Part shown: positions 9,440 through 19,968 of the stretch, in pieces | How the letters are laid out: each line of letters begins with the position of its first letter | Numbering within the stretch: the first letter of the stretch is position 1 | Source of the DNA: an uncultured Mycoplasmatota bacterium | GTDB lineage: Bacteria; Bacillota_I; Bacilli_A; RF39; UBA660 | NCBI GenBank assembly: GCA_900547995.1 | Contig: URIY01000003.1 | Location: 1 to 54,492 of the forward strand | DNA length: 54,492 nucleotides | Reading direction: 5' to 3' | Translations under genes and position numbers: made by a program | The notes under the pieces: model-generated | The model's input: only the letters and a program-made list of their open reading frames with translations | Database searches by the model: none | Told to the model about the DNA's origin: nothing

Positions 9440-10495
9440 ATGTACAAAAATAAAATTAATTATCGATTTGTAAATATTATATTTGTATTATTGATTATAT
9501 ATTTACTTTATACTACATTTGGTTTATGGAATGGCATTGTTAGTACCATATTTAAAATCTTATTACCATTCATAATTGCTTTTACAATTGCATATGCTTT
9601 ATATCCTTTTGTATTAAAATTAATGGATAAAAAGATACCTAAAGGTGCCTCAATATTTATTGTGATTGCTGTTATAGTAATTTTTATGGTTTTAATAGTT
9701 TATTTAGTTATTCCGGTAATGATAAATCAATTAGTTGCTCTTGCAAACTGGCTTACAGAACTTGTTAAAAGTTTGTCAACAAAATATAATATTGATTTAA
9801 ATAATATTCAAAACTATGTAGGAGATTTAAAAACAATCGTAAATGGATTTGGTAAATCTATAAGTGATTTTTCAATGAATATTATAAATAAATCTATTAA
9901 TATAGCAACGCTTGGTATTATTTCTTTAATATCTGCCATATACTTTTTATCTAGTATGGGGAAAATAAGAAAAGGTTTTAAAAAATACCTTAAAAGAAAA
10001 AATATGCGTACATATAATTATGTAAAAAGAATAGATCATGAAGTTAGTCAATATTTTGTAGGACTTGAAAAATTTATGATTGTACAATTTTTTGAATATA
10101 CAATAGTATTTTTCTTAATTGGTCATCCATATTATTTATTACTTGGAACATTATGTTCTGTAACTACTGTTATTCCATATTTTGGTGGAATATTTAGTAA
10201 TATAATTGCTTGTGTTACAGCTTTCTTTGTATCAACAAAGTTATTTATTCTAACATTAATTGTTGCTTTTATCTTTCCAAATATTGATGGTTATGTCATT
10301 TCACCTAGAATATATGGTAAAACGAATAATGTACCAACTCTTCTTACAATTTTTGCAGCCTATGCAGGCGGTAAATTATTTGGCTTTATTGGAATCGTAA
10401 TTGCTCTTCCACTTACAATTGTATTACTTTCAACATATCGTTTTTATGAAGATGATATTAGTCAAAAAATAGAAGATGTAAAGAATAAGATATAA
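9440..10495 (+). CDS. AI-2E family transporter (UPF0118/PerM-like permease)
   Basis: About 8 TM helices with a central loop, and a C-terminal IALPLT motif typical of the family. ATG 9440 is 5 nt after AGGTGA; the ORF track starts at GTG 9431. Confidence 0.7.
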   Translation: MYKNKINYRFVNIIFVLLIIYLLYTTFGLWNGIVSTIFKILLPFIIAFTIAYALYPFVLKLMDKKIPKGASIFIVIAVIVIFMVLIVYLVIPVMINQLVALANWLTELVKSLSTKYNIDLNNIQNYVGDLKTIVNGFGKSISDFSMNIINKSINIATLGIISLISAIYFLSSMGKIRKGFKKYLKRKNMRTYNYVKRIDHEVSQYFVGLEKFMIVQFFEYTIVFFLIGHPYYLLLGTLCSVTTVIPYFGGIFSNIIACVTAFFVSTKLFILTLIVAFIFPNIDGYVISPRIYGKTNNVPTLLTIFAAYAGGKLFGFIGIVIALPLTIVLLSTYRFYEDDISQKIEDVKNKI

Positions 10496-10497
10496 TT

Positions 10498-10527
10498 AAC
10501 TAGGATAATAATTTACCTAGTTTTTTC
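10498..10527 (+). terminator. Rho-independent terminator
   Basis: AACTAGG-11 nt-CCTAGTT followed by TTTT. Confidence 0.6.
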
Positions 10528-10556
10528 TTGTTAAACATGTATTCATATGATATAAT
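10528..10556 (+). promoter_or_regulatory. Putative sigma-A promoter
   Basis: TTGTTA (10528-10533), 17-nt spacer, TGaTATAAT (-10 at 10551-10556). Confidence 0.4.
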
Positions 10557-10581
10557 TTTACTATGTATGTGGAGGCTTTTT

Positions 10582-11415
10582 ATGAAGGATGTTATATTAG
10601 ATACAGTAATAGATGGACTTAAATTATTACCATTTTTATTTATTGCTTTTATTATTATAGAGTTAATAGAGCATAAACTAAAAAATAAAGAAATAATTAT
10701 TAAAACAGGTAAGTTTGGACCTCTTGTTGGTAGTATGCTTGGAGCTATACCACAATGTGGTTTTAGTGTAACGGCTACTAATTTATATGCAACAAGAATA
10801 ATATCACTTGGAACACTTATATCTATTTATTTATCAACAAGTGATGAAATGGTGCCTATTTTAATAGGTGAGGGACGTGCTGATTTAGTACCAAAAGTAC
10901 TACTAATAAAAGTATTTATTGGAATGCTTTGTGGTTTTATTATTGATTTAATATTTAGAAGAAAAAGTAATAGCAACCATGAAATAAGTGATTTATGTGA
11001 AAAAGATCATTGTGACTGTAATCATAGTATTATTAAATCAGCAATTAAACATACTTTAAGTATTTTTATCTTTATTTTTATAGTTTCTTTTATATTAAAT
11101 CTTGGATTTGAGTATTTAGGAGAAGATACAATTTCTAAAATTTTCCTAAAAGATAGTTTCTTTAGCCCTTTTGTGGCCAGTCTAATCGGTCTTATTCCTA
11201 ATTGTGCATCTAGTGTTGCAATTACGACAGTTTACCCATCAGGAGCAATTACTTTTGGCTCTGCTATGGCAGGCCTTCTAACAAATAGTGGTGTTGCTTT
11301 AATGGTTTTATTTAAAATTAATCATAATATAAAAGAAAATATGAAAATATTATTATTAATTTATGGGATTGGTGTCATAAGTGGTATTGTTATTAACTTA
11401 TTAGGCATCATCTAG
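10582..11415 (+). CDS. Polytopic putative metal permease (ArsP_2 / putative manganese transporter-like)
   Basis: IPQCGFSVTATNLY and LIPNCASSVAIT are duplicated Cys-containing half-motifs. HCDCNH lies in the central loop. ATG 10582 follows GGAGG at 10571-10575. Confidence 0.5.
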   Translation: MKDVILDTVIDGLKLLPFLFIAFIIIELIEHKLKNKEIIIKTGKFGPLVGSMLGAIPQCGFSVTATNLYATRIISLGTLISIYLSTSDEMVPILIGEGRADLVPKVLLIKVFIGMLCGFIIDLIFRRKSNSNHEISDLCEKDHCDCNHSIIKSAIKHTLSIFIFIFIVSFILNLGFEYLGEDTISKIFLKDSFFSPFVASLIGLIPNCASSVAITTVYPSGAITFGSAMAGLLTNSGVALMVLFKINHNIKENMKILLLIYGIGVISGIVINLLGII

Positions 11416-11444
11416 TTGATTATTGCCATAATATGTAGTATAGT
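11416..11444 (+). promoter_or_regulatory. Putative sigma-A promoter
   Basis: TTGATT (11416-11421), 17-nt spacer, TATAGT (11439-11444). Confidence 0.35.
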
Positions 11445-11466
11445 ATATTTCTATGAGGGTGAATAA

Positions 11467-12150
11467 ATGAAATTATTAGTTAGTGACTATGATGGTACAC
11501 TGAAATCGGATGTAAAAAATTTAAAAATAAATATTAATGCAATAAAAAAATTTATGGATGAAGGTAATACTTTCTGTATAGCAACAGGTAGACCATATAA
11601 TTCAATTAAGGAAGAAATTGATTTTTATAATATTCCATATAATTATTTAATTTGTAATAATGGTCTTACTATTTTTGATGATAAAAATAATTTAATTTAT
11701 AGTCAAAAATTAAATGTTGAAGATGTTGTCTTTTTCTTAAAATATATGAAAGCAGATAGTGAAAATTATAGTTTATATAATGCTTATGGAGAAGTTGATA
11801 ATAGTGATATAATATATGCTAGTATAGATAATCTTAAACTATTAAGATTAAGATGGCTAAAAAGAGAAATAAAGTGTTGGTTTGATAATGTTTCTGTATA
11901 TGGTAATTTTAATAAACTATATTTAGAAAGTAAAACTAATAAGGCCATTGGTATTAAAAAATTATTGGAATTAGAAAAATTATCTTTTAAACATGCTGAT
12001 ATTCATACAGTTGGTGATTGTGCTAATGATATAGAAATGTTAAAAGAATTTAATGGTCATAAAGTATTGTTTTCATATCCTTGTTTATTTGGTAAAAATA
12101 TTAAAACATGTACGGAAGTACATAGTCTTGTTAAAAAAATAATGAGGTGA
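11467..12150 (+). CDS. HAD-superfamily (Cof-like, type IIB) phosphatase
   Basis: Motif I is SDYDGTL. Motif IV is GDCANDIEML. Confidence 0.75.
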   Translation: MKLLVSDYDGTLKSDVKNLKININAIKKFMDEGNTFCIATGRPYNSIKEEIDFYNIPYNYLICNNGLTIFDDKNNLIYSQKLNVEDVVFFLKYMKADSENYSLYNAYGEVDNSDIIYASIDNLKLLRLRWLKREIKCWFDNVSVYGNFNKLYLESKTNKAIGIKKLLELEKLSFKHADIHTVGDCANDIEMLKEFNGHKVLFSYPCLFGKNIKTCTEVHSLVKKIMR

Positions 12151-12154
12151 TGTT

Positions 12155-12979
12155 GTGCCTGAACTTCCGGAAGTCGAAACGGTAAAAGAGACGTTAAAAA
12201 GATTAGTAATTGGTAAAAAAATTATAGGGGTTACGGTAAATTATAGTAATATAATAGAATATCCAAATGTTCAATTATTTAAAAGAGAAATTATTAATCA
12301 AACTATTAATGATATTAAAAGAAGAGGCAAATGGTTATTATTTGACCTTGATAATTATTATCTTCTTAGTCATTTAAGAATGGAAGGAAGATATTTCTAT
12401 AAAAATAAAAATGATGAACATTTAAAGCATGAACATGTTATATTTAATTTTTCTGATGAAACAGAACTTCGATATTTAGATTCAAGAAAATTTGGTAAAA
12501 TGCATTTACTTGAAAAGAAAGATGCTTATAATCAAAAACCGCTTAATGAACTTGGTTTAGAACCTTGGGATGATAATCTTACAATATCATATTTGAAAGA
12601 AAAATATAAAAATAAAAAATTACCTATAAAAACAGTAATTTTAGATCAAAGTATTATTGTTGGAATTGGGAATATTTATGCAGATGAAATACTATTTTTG
12701 AGTAATATAAATCCTCTTAAAAAGGCTTCTTTATTAAATGATGATGAACTTCTTAATATTATTAAGTATACAAAAGAAATATTAGAAAAAGCTATATTAA
12801 ATGGTGGTACAACTATTAGAAGTTATGAATCAAGTGAGGGTGTACATGGAAAATTTCAACAAAGTTTACTTGTCCATAATAGAGAAAACGAAGATTGCCC
12901 AAATTGCAAAAATAAAATAATTAAAATTAAAGTTGGAGGAAGAGGTACATATTATTGCCCTAATTGTCAGAAACTTTAG
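12155..12979 (+). CDS. mutM: Formamidopyrimidine-DNA glycosylase
   Basis: N-terminus is (M)PELPEVETV. C-terminal zinc finger is CPNC...YYCPNCQ. GTG start. Confidence 0.92.
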   Translation: MPELPEVETVKETLKRLVIGKKIIGVTVNYSNIIEYPNVQLFKREIINQTINDIKRRGKWLLFDLDNYYLLSHLRMEGRYFYKNKNDEHLKHEHVIFNFSDETELRYLDSRKFGKMHLLEKKDAYNQKPLNELGLEPWDDNLTISYLKEKYKNKKLPIKTVILDQSIIVGIGNIYADEILFLSNINPLKKASLLNDDELLNIIKYTKEILEKAILNGGTTIRSYESSEGVHGKFQQSLLVHNRENEDCPNCKNKIIKIKVGGRGTYYCPNCQKL

Positions 12980-13454
12980 CCATTTCTGATATTATGGTAG
13001 CATCTTTATCAAACTCTTTAATAATACTAAGCACATGGTGCTTTTTTTTCCTTGAAACAGTTATTAATAGAATATCTTTCTCTTGATTATTTTTTTCTCC
13101 TCTAATTTTTGAAATATTATATCCTTTTCTTTCAAAAGTTTTATATAACATATTATCATTATTATCTGTTATGCAAGTAATTAAATTGTATCCCATTGCA
13201 AGCTTTTCTTCAATTAAACTACCAATATATGAACCAACTAGTGATCCAAAAGCAAAAAAAACAATTTTTAAAGGATCTTTTGTTATATTAGTTACAACAA
13301 CGCCTGTTACAAGAATCCATACTAAAGCAATACAAAATTGTAAAATAGCACCTAATATTTTTTTCCCACTCGCAACAACAATTAATCTTAGAGTAGCAAG
13401 CGCATTTTCTATAATTTTTGATATAAATATTAAAATATATGTAATGTAATTCAT
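12960..13454 (-). CDS. UPF0316 family membrane protein (YebE-like, DUF2179 C-terminal domain)
   Basis: Three N-terminal TM helices plus a soluble C-terminal domain, with the same architecture and similar motifs as B. subtilis YebE. The 3' end overlaps mutM by 20 nt. Confidence 0.6.
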   Translation of the reverse strand: MNYITYILIFISKIIENALATLRLIVVASGKKILGAILQFCIALVWILVTGVVVTNITKDPLKIVFFAFGSLVGSYIGSLIEEKLAMGYNLITCITDNNDNMLYKTFERKGYNISKIRGEKNNQEKDILLITVSRKKKHHVLSIIKEFDKDATIISEMAKVSDN

Positions 13455-13582
13455 ATTATCAGCCTTTCTATAAATATTTTACCTTTTTTTAAATTTTATA
13501 TACTTTTTGGCATATACTAAAAGTACTATATGTTGATTTAAATATAATAATGTAATATAATTATTTTGGGAGTTGAAAAAAT

Positions 13583-14230
13583 ATGGAATTAAATCGTGTA
13601 TATACGAAAGTATTTATGTGGATGTTTATAGGTTTACTTGTAACATTTTTAACTGGATATATTGTATCTATTAATGAAAATATGTTAATAAATATATTTG
13701 GAAAAAGTACATGGCTGTTTCTTTCTATTGTAGAGGTTATTTTAGTAATTGTTTTATCTGCTAGAATTAGAAAGATGAATGCTTTAACAGCTAAGATTAT
13801 GTTTATCATTTATTCTTTTGTTTCTGGCCTTACTTTTTCAGCAATATTTGTTACATATCAATTAGTATCAATTATATATGTTTTTGGTATAACTGCTGTT
13901 CTATTTGGAATATTTGCTGCAATTGGACATTTTACGAAGATTGATTTAAGTAAAATGGGAACATTTTTATTCATGGGTTTAATTGGAATTGTTATTTGTG
14001 GAATAATAGGAATATTTATTCAAAATGAAACTTTTGATTTAACAATGTGCATTATAGGCTTAATTATATTTACTTTATATGTTATGTATGATATGCATAA
14101 GGTAAAATATCTTTTAAACTGTTTTGATGATGAAGATAATTTAGCAATATGTATGGCATTAGAACTTTATTTGGATTTTATTAATATATTCTTAAGATTA
14201 TTACAATTATTTGGAAAGAGTAAGGATTAA
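13583..14230 (+). CDS. Bax inhibitor-1/YccA family membrane protein
   Basis: Seven TM segments. The N-terminus ...YTKVFMWMFIGLLVT and the charged C-terminal tail are typical of the BI-1 family. Confidence 0.75.
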   Translation: MELNRVYTKVFMWMFIGLLVTFLTGYIVSINENMLINIFGKSTWLFLSIVEVILVIVLSARIRKMNALTAKIMFIIYSFVSGLTFSAIFVTYQLVSIIYVFGITAVLFGIFAAIGHFTKIDLSKMGTFLFMGLIGIVICGIIGIFIQNETFDLTMCIIGLIIFTLYVMYDMHKVKYLLNCFDDEDNLAICMALELYLDFINIFLRLLQLFGKSKD

Positions 14231-14255
14231 ATACCTTACTTTTTAGGTATTTATT
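14229..14255 (+). terminator. Rho-independent terminator
   Basis: AAATACCT-8 nt-AGGTATTT. The T tail is short. Confidence 0.5.
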
Positions 14256-14282
14256 GACAAATATATGTGCATATGCTAATAT
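14254..14282 (+). promoter_or_regulatory. Putative sigma-A promoter
   Basis: TTGACA (14254-14259), 17-nt spacer, TAATAT (14277-14282). Confidence 0.5.
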
Positions 14283-14309
14283 ATTAAACCTGTAAAGGGG
14301 GGAAATATT

Positions 14310-14741
14310 ATGACAAAAGATAACATAGATATGGTAGCGTTTAGTGTTAAATATTGCAAAATCAAACAAAGTTTGAGCCCATATTCACGTAAAATGATAG
14401 ATACATTTATTAATTTCTTTGGTGAAAAGATAGAAAAAGAAAGTAACTTGTATAAAAAAGGCAAAGTATTATGTGATTTAGATTGTATGTTTAAGGGAAT
14501 AGATCATATAGAAAATGAAAAACTAAAGGCTGATTTAATAAAATTAAAAGAAATGATAAATAAAAATGATAACTATCTAGATTTATATATAAAACTTAAT
14601 TTAGCTCTAGGTATGTATCCAAATGACTTTTTCTTTAATTTAGCACTTGACTATTTCTATAGAGAAATTTATACAAAAGTTATGAATGATAACTTTATAG
14701 ATGAATATAAAGATGAAAATAAAAAGAAACACAGAAGATAG
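14310..14741 (+). CDS. Hypothetical protein (143 aa)
   Basis: Strong RBS (AAGGGGGG). Flanked by its own promoter and terminator. No family recognised. Confidence 0.55.
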   Translation: MTKDNIDMVAFSVKYCKIKQSLSPYSRKMIDTFINFFGEKIEKESNLYKKGKVLCDLDCMFKGIDHIENEKLKADLIKLKEMINKNDNYLDLYIKLNLALGMYPNDFFFNLALDYFYREIYTKVMNDNFIDEYKDENKKKHRR

Positions 14742-14763
14742 ATAATAATTTCTGTGTTTTTTT
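14727..14763 (+). terminator. Rho-independent terminator (stem overlaps the last codons)
   Basis: GAAACACAGAA-12 nt-TTCTGTGTTT followed by a T run. Confidence 0.8.
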
Positions 14764-14772
14764 AACAATTAA

Positions 14773-14801
14773 TTGACATGCGTACAAATGTATGGTAATA
14801 T
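14773..14801 (+). promoter_or_regulatory. Putative sigma-A promoter of the ruvA-tdk-ruvB-queA cluster
   Basis: TTGACA (14773-14778), 17-nt spacer, TAATAT (14796-14801). Confidence 0.5.
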
Positions 14802-14873
14802 TTATTTGTTAAGAAAAAATAAATAAAATACATTAGAATTTGTCTTATATGTTATAATAAAGTAGGTGAGAGT

Positions 14874-15431
14874 ATGTATGGTTATATGTATGGAATAATT
14901 ACTAAACAAGAAAGTAATTATATAATATTAGAAAATAATAAAATAGGTTATTTAATATATACAGCAAATCCTTATTCCTTTAATATGGGAGAGGAATATA
15001 AGGTATATTTATATCAGTATGTAAGAGAAGATGAAATTAGTTTATATGGCTTTAAAGAAGAGGAAGAAAAAGATTTATTTTTAAAATTAATAAATGTTAA
15101 AGGTTTAGGATGTAAGATGGCTTTACCAATGCTTGCAACGGGTTCTATATCTGGAATAATTGATGCAATAGAAAGGGAAAATATTCTGTATTTAAAGAAG
15201 TTTCCTAAAATTGGTGATAAAGTTGCTAGACAGATTATATTAGATTTGAAGGGCAAACTTGTAACAAGTGGTAATATAAATATTAATAATAATGCAAATG
15301 ATGAATTAAGTGAAGCATTAGTGTCACTTGGATATAAACCTATTGATATTAAGAAAATATTACCATCTATTAATAAAAATGATTCAATCGAAAAACAAAT
15401 AAAGGAAGCTCTAAAATTATTATTGAAGTAG
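14874..15431 (+). CDS. ruvA: Holliday junction branch migration complex subunit RuvA
   Basis: OB-fold N-terminus (YGIITKQESNYIILENN..GY). HhH region (INVKGLGCKMALPML, LKKFPKIGDKVARQIILDLKGK). Confidence 0.88.
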   Translation: MYGYMYGIITKQESNYIILENNKIGYLIYTANPYSFNMGEEYKVYLYQYVREDEISLYGFKEEEEKDLFLKLINVKGLGCKMALPMLATGSISGIIDAIERENILYLKKFPKIGDKVARQIILDLKGKLVTSGNININNNANDELSEALVSLGYKPIDIKKILPSINKNDSIEKQIKEALKLLLK

Positions 15432-15438
15432 GTGTTAT

Positions 15439-16047
15439 ATGGCTAAATTAAATTTTAAATATGCAACGATGAATTCGGGAAAAACTCTCGATTTAATAAG
15501 AACTGCACATAACTATGAAGAAAATGGCTATAATGTTCTTTTATTAAAACCAGCTGTAGATACTAAAGGAAAAACATATATTGAATCACGTGTTGGTTTA
15601 AAGAGACAAGTTGATTATTTAATAGAGAAAAACGATAATATAGTTGATAAATTATTGAGTAATCTTAAAGATATTACTTGTATTTTTGTAGATGAGGTGC
15701 AATTCTTGTCTGAAAAACAAATTGATGAGTTATTTTTGATAAGTAAAGTATTTGATATAGATGTTATATGTTATGGACTTAGACTTAATTTTATGATGGA
15801 GGCATTTGAAGGAAGCAAGAGACTTTTAGAAATTGCTGAAGAATTAGAAGAATTAAAAACAATATGTAAGTGTGGTAATATTGCAAGATATGTTGGAAGA
15901 AAAGTAAATGGTAATTATGTTTTGGAAGGTGATGAAATTATTATTGATGGTACTGATAATGTAGAATATATTCCGCTTTGTGGAGATTGTTATTTAAAAG
16001 ATGTAAAAAAAATAGATTATGTTAAAGTAAAAAGGTTGGTGAAATAG
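15439..16047 (+). CDS. tdk: Thymidine kinase
   Basis: P-loop is MNSGKT. Walker B is FVDEVQF. C-terminal zinc-binding cysteines are CKCG...CGDC. Confidence 0.9.
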   Translation: MAKLNFKYATMNSGKTLDLIRTAHNYEENGYNVLLLKPAVDTKGKTYIESRVGLKRQVDYLIEKNDNIVDKLLSNLKDITCIFVDEVQFLSEKQIDELFLISKVFDIDVICYGLRLNFMMEAFEGSKRLLEIAEELEELKTICKCGNIARYVGRKVNGNYVLEGDEIIIDGTDNVEYIPLCGDCYLKDVKKIDYVKVKRLVK

Positions 16048-17055
16048 ATGAATGATGATAGAATTGTTACTTCAAATGAACTTAAAGAAGATTCTTTTGA
16101 AAAAACAATTAGACCAATTACTTTAAATGATTATATTGGTCAAACAGAGATAAAAGAAACACTTGATGTTTATATAAAGGCAGCTAAAATGCGTGAAGAA
16201 GCCTTAGATCATGTTTTATTGTATGGTCCACCGGGACTTGGTAAAACTACTCTTTCATATATAATTGCAAATGAAATGGGGTCTAATATTAAAACAGCAA
16301 GTGGGCCTGCTATTGAAAAAAGTGGGGATTTAGCAGCCATTTTATCTACTTTAGAGCCTGGTGATGTATTATTTATTGATGAAATACATCGAATTCCAAG
16401 GTATATAGAGGAAATACTATATTCCGCCATGGAAGATTTTACACTTGATATTATGGTTGGTAGTGATGCTAGTAGTAGAAGTATTAAAATAGATCTGCCA
16501 CCTTTTACATTAGTTGGTGCTACGACAAGAGCTGGCGATTTGACTGGGCCACTTAGAGATAGATTTGGAATTATATTTAAGTTACAATTTTATAATGAAG
16601 AAGAGCTTAAACAAATTGTTGAAAGAACAAGTGAGGTACTTGGGGCTCCGATTGATAGTGATGCGGCAAGTGAACTTGCAAGAAGAAGTAGAGGCACACC
16701 TAGAATTGCTAATAGATTATTTAAAAGAATTAGGGATTTTGCCCTAGTTCTTGGAAGTGGTAATATTGATTTAGATATTACTAATATGGCTCTTGATAAA
16801 CTTAAAGTTGATAAACTTGGATTAGATAATACTGATTATAATTTATTAAAAGCCATTATTGAGAGGTTTAATGGTGGACCAGTAGGGATTGAGGCTATCG
16901 CATCTTCTATAGGTGAGGAACAAACAACAATTGAAGATGTATATGAACCATATCTTTTACAACAGGGATTACTAAAAAGAACGAGTAGAGGAAGAGTAGT
17001 AACAGAGAAGGCCTATAATCATTTAGGTATTCCTTTTAATGAAAAAAATGGTTAA
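16048..17055 (+). CDS. ruvB: Holliday junction branch migration DNA helicase RuvB
   Basis: Walker A is [13 protein letters not shown]. Walker B is [20 protein letters not shown] is present. Confidence 0.95.
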   Translation: MNDDRIVTSNELKEDSFEKTIRPITLNDYIGQTEIKETLDVYIKAAKMREEALDHVLLYGPPGLGKTTLSYIIANEMGSNIKTASGPAIEKSGDLAAILSTLEPGDVLFIDEIHRIPRYIEEILYSAMEDFTLDIMVGSDASSRSIKIDLPPFTLVGATTRAGDLTGPLRDRFGIIFKLQFYNEEELKQIVERTSEVLGAPIDSDAASELARRSRGTPRIANRLFKRIRDFALVLGSGNIDLDITNMALDKLKVDKLGLDNTDYNLLKAIIERFNGGPVGIEAIASSIGEEQTTIEDVYEPYLLQQGLLKRTSRGRVVTEKAYNHLGIPFNEKNG

Positions 17056-17106
17056 AATCTTATTAATATGATATAATAGTTAACATTGAGGAGTGTAGTG
17101 ACGTAT

Positions 17107-18132
17107 ATGAGAACAGAAGATTTTGATTTTGATTTACCAGAAGAATTAATTGCTCAAACACCTCTTGAGAAAAGAGATTCTTCTAAATTATTAGTATTAG
17201 ATAAGGAAACAGGTGAAATAGAGCATAAACATTTTACTGATATAATAGATTATTTAATTCCTGGTGATGTACTTGTCATTAATGATACTAAAGTTATACC
17301 AGCTAGATTACATGGAATAAAGGAAACAACAGGTGCACATATTGAAATTCTTATGCTTCATGAAAATGGAAATAATATATGGCAGTGCTTAGTAAAACCT
17401 GCAAAAAGGGTAAAAATAGGTGATGTTATATCATTTGGTGACGGATTATTAAAAATGGAATGTATAAATGTTGATGAAGAGGGGATTAGAGATTTTTCTC
17501 TTATCTATAATGGTATTTTATATGAAGTATTGGATAAGCTAGGAGAAATGCCACTTCCACCATATATACATGAAAAATTGAAAGATAAAAATAGATACCA
17601 AACAGTATATGCTAAGAATGATGGTAGTGCTGCTGCTCCAACAGCAGGGCTTCATTTTACGAGTGAATTATTAGATAAAATAAGCGATAAAGGGATAAAA
17701 ATAGTAAATGTAACATTGCATGTTGGTCTTGGCACATTTAGACCTGTAAATGTAGAGGATGTAACTAAACATAAAATGCATAGCGAATTTTATATGATGA
17801 GTGAGAATACTGCTAATGAATTAAATCTTGCTAAAAAAGAAGGAAGACGAATTATTAGTGTTGGTACAACATCAACAAGAGTTTTAGAAACAATTATGAA
17901 TTTATATGGTACATTTAAAAAATGTAGTGGTAATACAGAAATATTTATATATCCAGGTTATGAGTTTAAAGCTATAGATGCTTTAATTACAAATTTCCAC
18001 CTTCCAAAGTCAACCCTTGTTATGCTAGTTAGTGCCCTTGCAGGGAAAGAAAATATATTAAATGCTTATAATAAGGCCATAGAAAGTAAATATCGCTTTT
18101 TCTCATTTGGCGATAGTATGTTTATAAAATAA
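17107..18132 (+). CDS. queA: S-adenosylmethionine:tRNA ribosyltransferase-isomerase
   Basis: [21 protein letters not shown] and [10 protein letters not shown] are present. ATG 17107 gives the canonical N-terminus. GTG 17098 and the TTG 17086 in the track are alternatives. Confidence 0.9.
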   Translation: MRTEDFDFDLPEELIAQTPLEKRDSSKLLVLDKETGEIEHKHFTDIIDYLIPGDVLVINDTKVIPARLHGIKETTGAHIEILMLHENGNNIWQCLVKPAKRVKIGDVISFGDGLLKMECINVDEEGIRDFSLIYNGILYEVLDKLGEMPLPPYIHEKLKDKNRYQTVYAKNDGSAAAPTAGLHFTSELLDKISDKGIKIVNVTLHVGLGTFRPVNVEDVTKHKMHSEFYMMSENTANELNLAKKEGRRIISVGTTSTRVLETIMNLYGTFKKCSGNTEIFIYPGYEFKAIDALITNFHLPKSTLVMLVSALAGKENILNAYNKAIESKYRFFSFGDSMFIK

Positions 18133-19073
18133 TGATAGATTATAAAACATTAAATGATAATTTATTTGACTATTTGAATGGTGCAAAGTTGGAAGAACTT
18201 AAACTTATAAAATCATTAAATGATATTGTACTAAGAAACAAATTTAATCAGAAAATACTTGGATATAAAGAAAAAATGGATTTGGATCATACTGCTTCAC
18301 TTGCTTATACTTTTTTTAAATATTTAAGTGAAGATTATGCTTCTTATTTTGAAAAAAGATTAACTGATGGAACAATTAAATTTAGTAAAGATTATTTGAT
18401 TGGTCAGTCATATTATAATCATGAAAGTCAAAGAAGAGTTGTAGAAGTGCCAATTACTGGAACAATAGAAGATGCCTTTGTTATGGTTCATGAGGTTTTA
18501 CATGATATGAATTTGAAGCCAAACAGTAATACTGTAGATAGAATGTTATATACAGAAACAATATCTATGCTGGGTGAAATTTTATTTAAGGATTTTTTGT
18601 GTATATATAATTTACATGTGAAAGATGGCAAAAGAAATATCCATAATATGTTTGCATCAGTTAGTTCAATGACTGAAAGCAATGATTTTGATTTAAATTT
18701 AATAATGGAGTTTATTAAAAATGGATATGTTGATATGAATTTTTTAAACGATTTATGTTCTCATTATGATAGCGAAATAATTGAAGAAACAATTGATTCA
18801 TTAAAAAATAATTCATTACTACAACTAGAAATAAATCAAAGATATATTATAGGCTCACTATTATCTTGTTATATGCATGATAGGATTGAAAGTAATCCAA
18901 AATATTTATGTGAATTTATAGAAACTAATAGTATGATGACTAATAATTATTTTGAATCATTAATTAATTATTTAGATTTAGATATTATGGATGATAATGA
19001 ATATCTATTATTTACAGATAAATCTTTAAAAAAATTGGAAAAATGTTATAAAAATGAAATTAAAAATAGGTGA
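18132..19073 (+). CDS. Hypothetical HExxH zinc-metallopeptidase-like protein
   Basis: VMVHEVLHDMN contains HExxH. The start overlaps the queA stop (TAATGA). No confident family assignment. Confidence 0.45.
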   Translation: MIDYKTLNDNLFDYLNGAKLEELKLIKSLNDIVLRNKFNQKILGYKEKMDLDHTASLAYTFFKYLSEDYASYFEKRLTDGTIKFSKDYLIGQSYYNHESQRRVVEVPITGTIEDAFVMVHEVLHDMNLKPNSNTVDRMLYTETISMLGEILFKDFLCIYNLHVKDGKRNIHNMFASVSSMTESNDFDLNLIMEFIKNGYVDMNFLNDLCSHYDSEIIEETIDSLKNNSLLQLEINQRYIIGSLLSCYMHDRIESNPKYLCEFIETNSMMTNNYFESLINYLDLDIMDDNEYLLFTDKSLKKLEKCYKNEIKNR

Positions 19074-19076
19074 TTT

Positions 19077-19967
19077 ATGAATAAGATAATTGTTATTGTA
19101 GGACCAACTTGCACTGGAAAAACCAAACTTAGTATAGAACTTGCTAAAAAGTATAATGGTGAAATTATTAATGCCGATTCAACACAAATATATAAAGATA
19201 ATGATATTGCTACTGCTAAAGTTTCATTAGAAGAAATGGAAGGAATAAAGCATCATTTATTATCTATCAAGGATTTAAAAGAAGATTATACAGTGTTTGA
19301 TTATCAGAAGGATGCAAGAAACTGTATTAATAAAATTATTGATAAAGGCAAAATTCCTATTTTAGTAGGGGGAACAGGTTTATATATTAAATCTGTTCTT
19401 TACGATTATAAGTTTAATTTGGAAAATAATAAAAAAGAAACTTATGAACAATATAATAATGAGGAATTATATAAAAAATTACTTTCAATTGATCCTAAAA
19501 CGGAAATACACCCTAATAATCGAAAAAGAGTAGAAAGGGCACTTGATTATTATTTCGCTAATAATAAACCAATTAGTTCAAAAGAAAAAACAAATAAAAT
19601 TTTATATGATGCGATTATAATAGGTCTAACGACTGATAGGAATATTTTATATGAAAAAATAAATGAACGTGTTGATAAAATGTTAGAAAGTGGATTATTA
19701 GATGAGGCTCATAGAATATATGAATCGGGCATTAGAACTAAGGCAGTATTAACTCCAATTGGTTATAAAGAGCTTTTTCCTTATTTTGAAGGGAAAGAAA
19801 ATTTAGATAATGCTATTTTATTAATGAAGCAAAATAGTAGACATTATGCTAAAAGACAATATACATGGTTTTTACATCAAATGGATGTAAAATGGTTTAC
19901 AACTAATTATGATAATTTTAATCAAACTATAGATGATGTAGTTAATTATATTGCCGAGGTGATTTAA
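19077..19967 (+). CDS. miaA: tRNA dimethylallyltransferase
   Basis: P-loop is IVGPTCTGKTKLSIELA. NADSTQIYK and VGGTGLY are present. Confidence 0.92.
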   Translation: MNKIIVIVGPTCTGKTKLSIELAKKYNGEIINADSTQIYKDNDIATAKVSLEEMEGIKHHLLSIKDLKEDYTVFDYQKDARNCINKIIDKGKIPILVGGTGLYIKSVLYDYKFNLENNKKETYEQYNNEELYKKLLSIDPKTEIHPNNRKRVERALDYYFANNKPISSKEKTNKILYDAIIIGLTTDRNILYEKINERVDKMLESGLLDEAHRIYESGIRTKAVLTPIGYKELFPYFEGKENLDNAILLMKQNSRHYAKRQYTWFLHQMDVKWFTTNYDNFNQTIDDVVNYIAEVI

Positions 19968-19968
19968 T

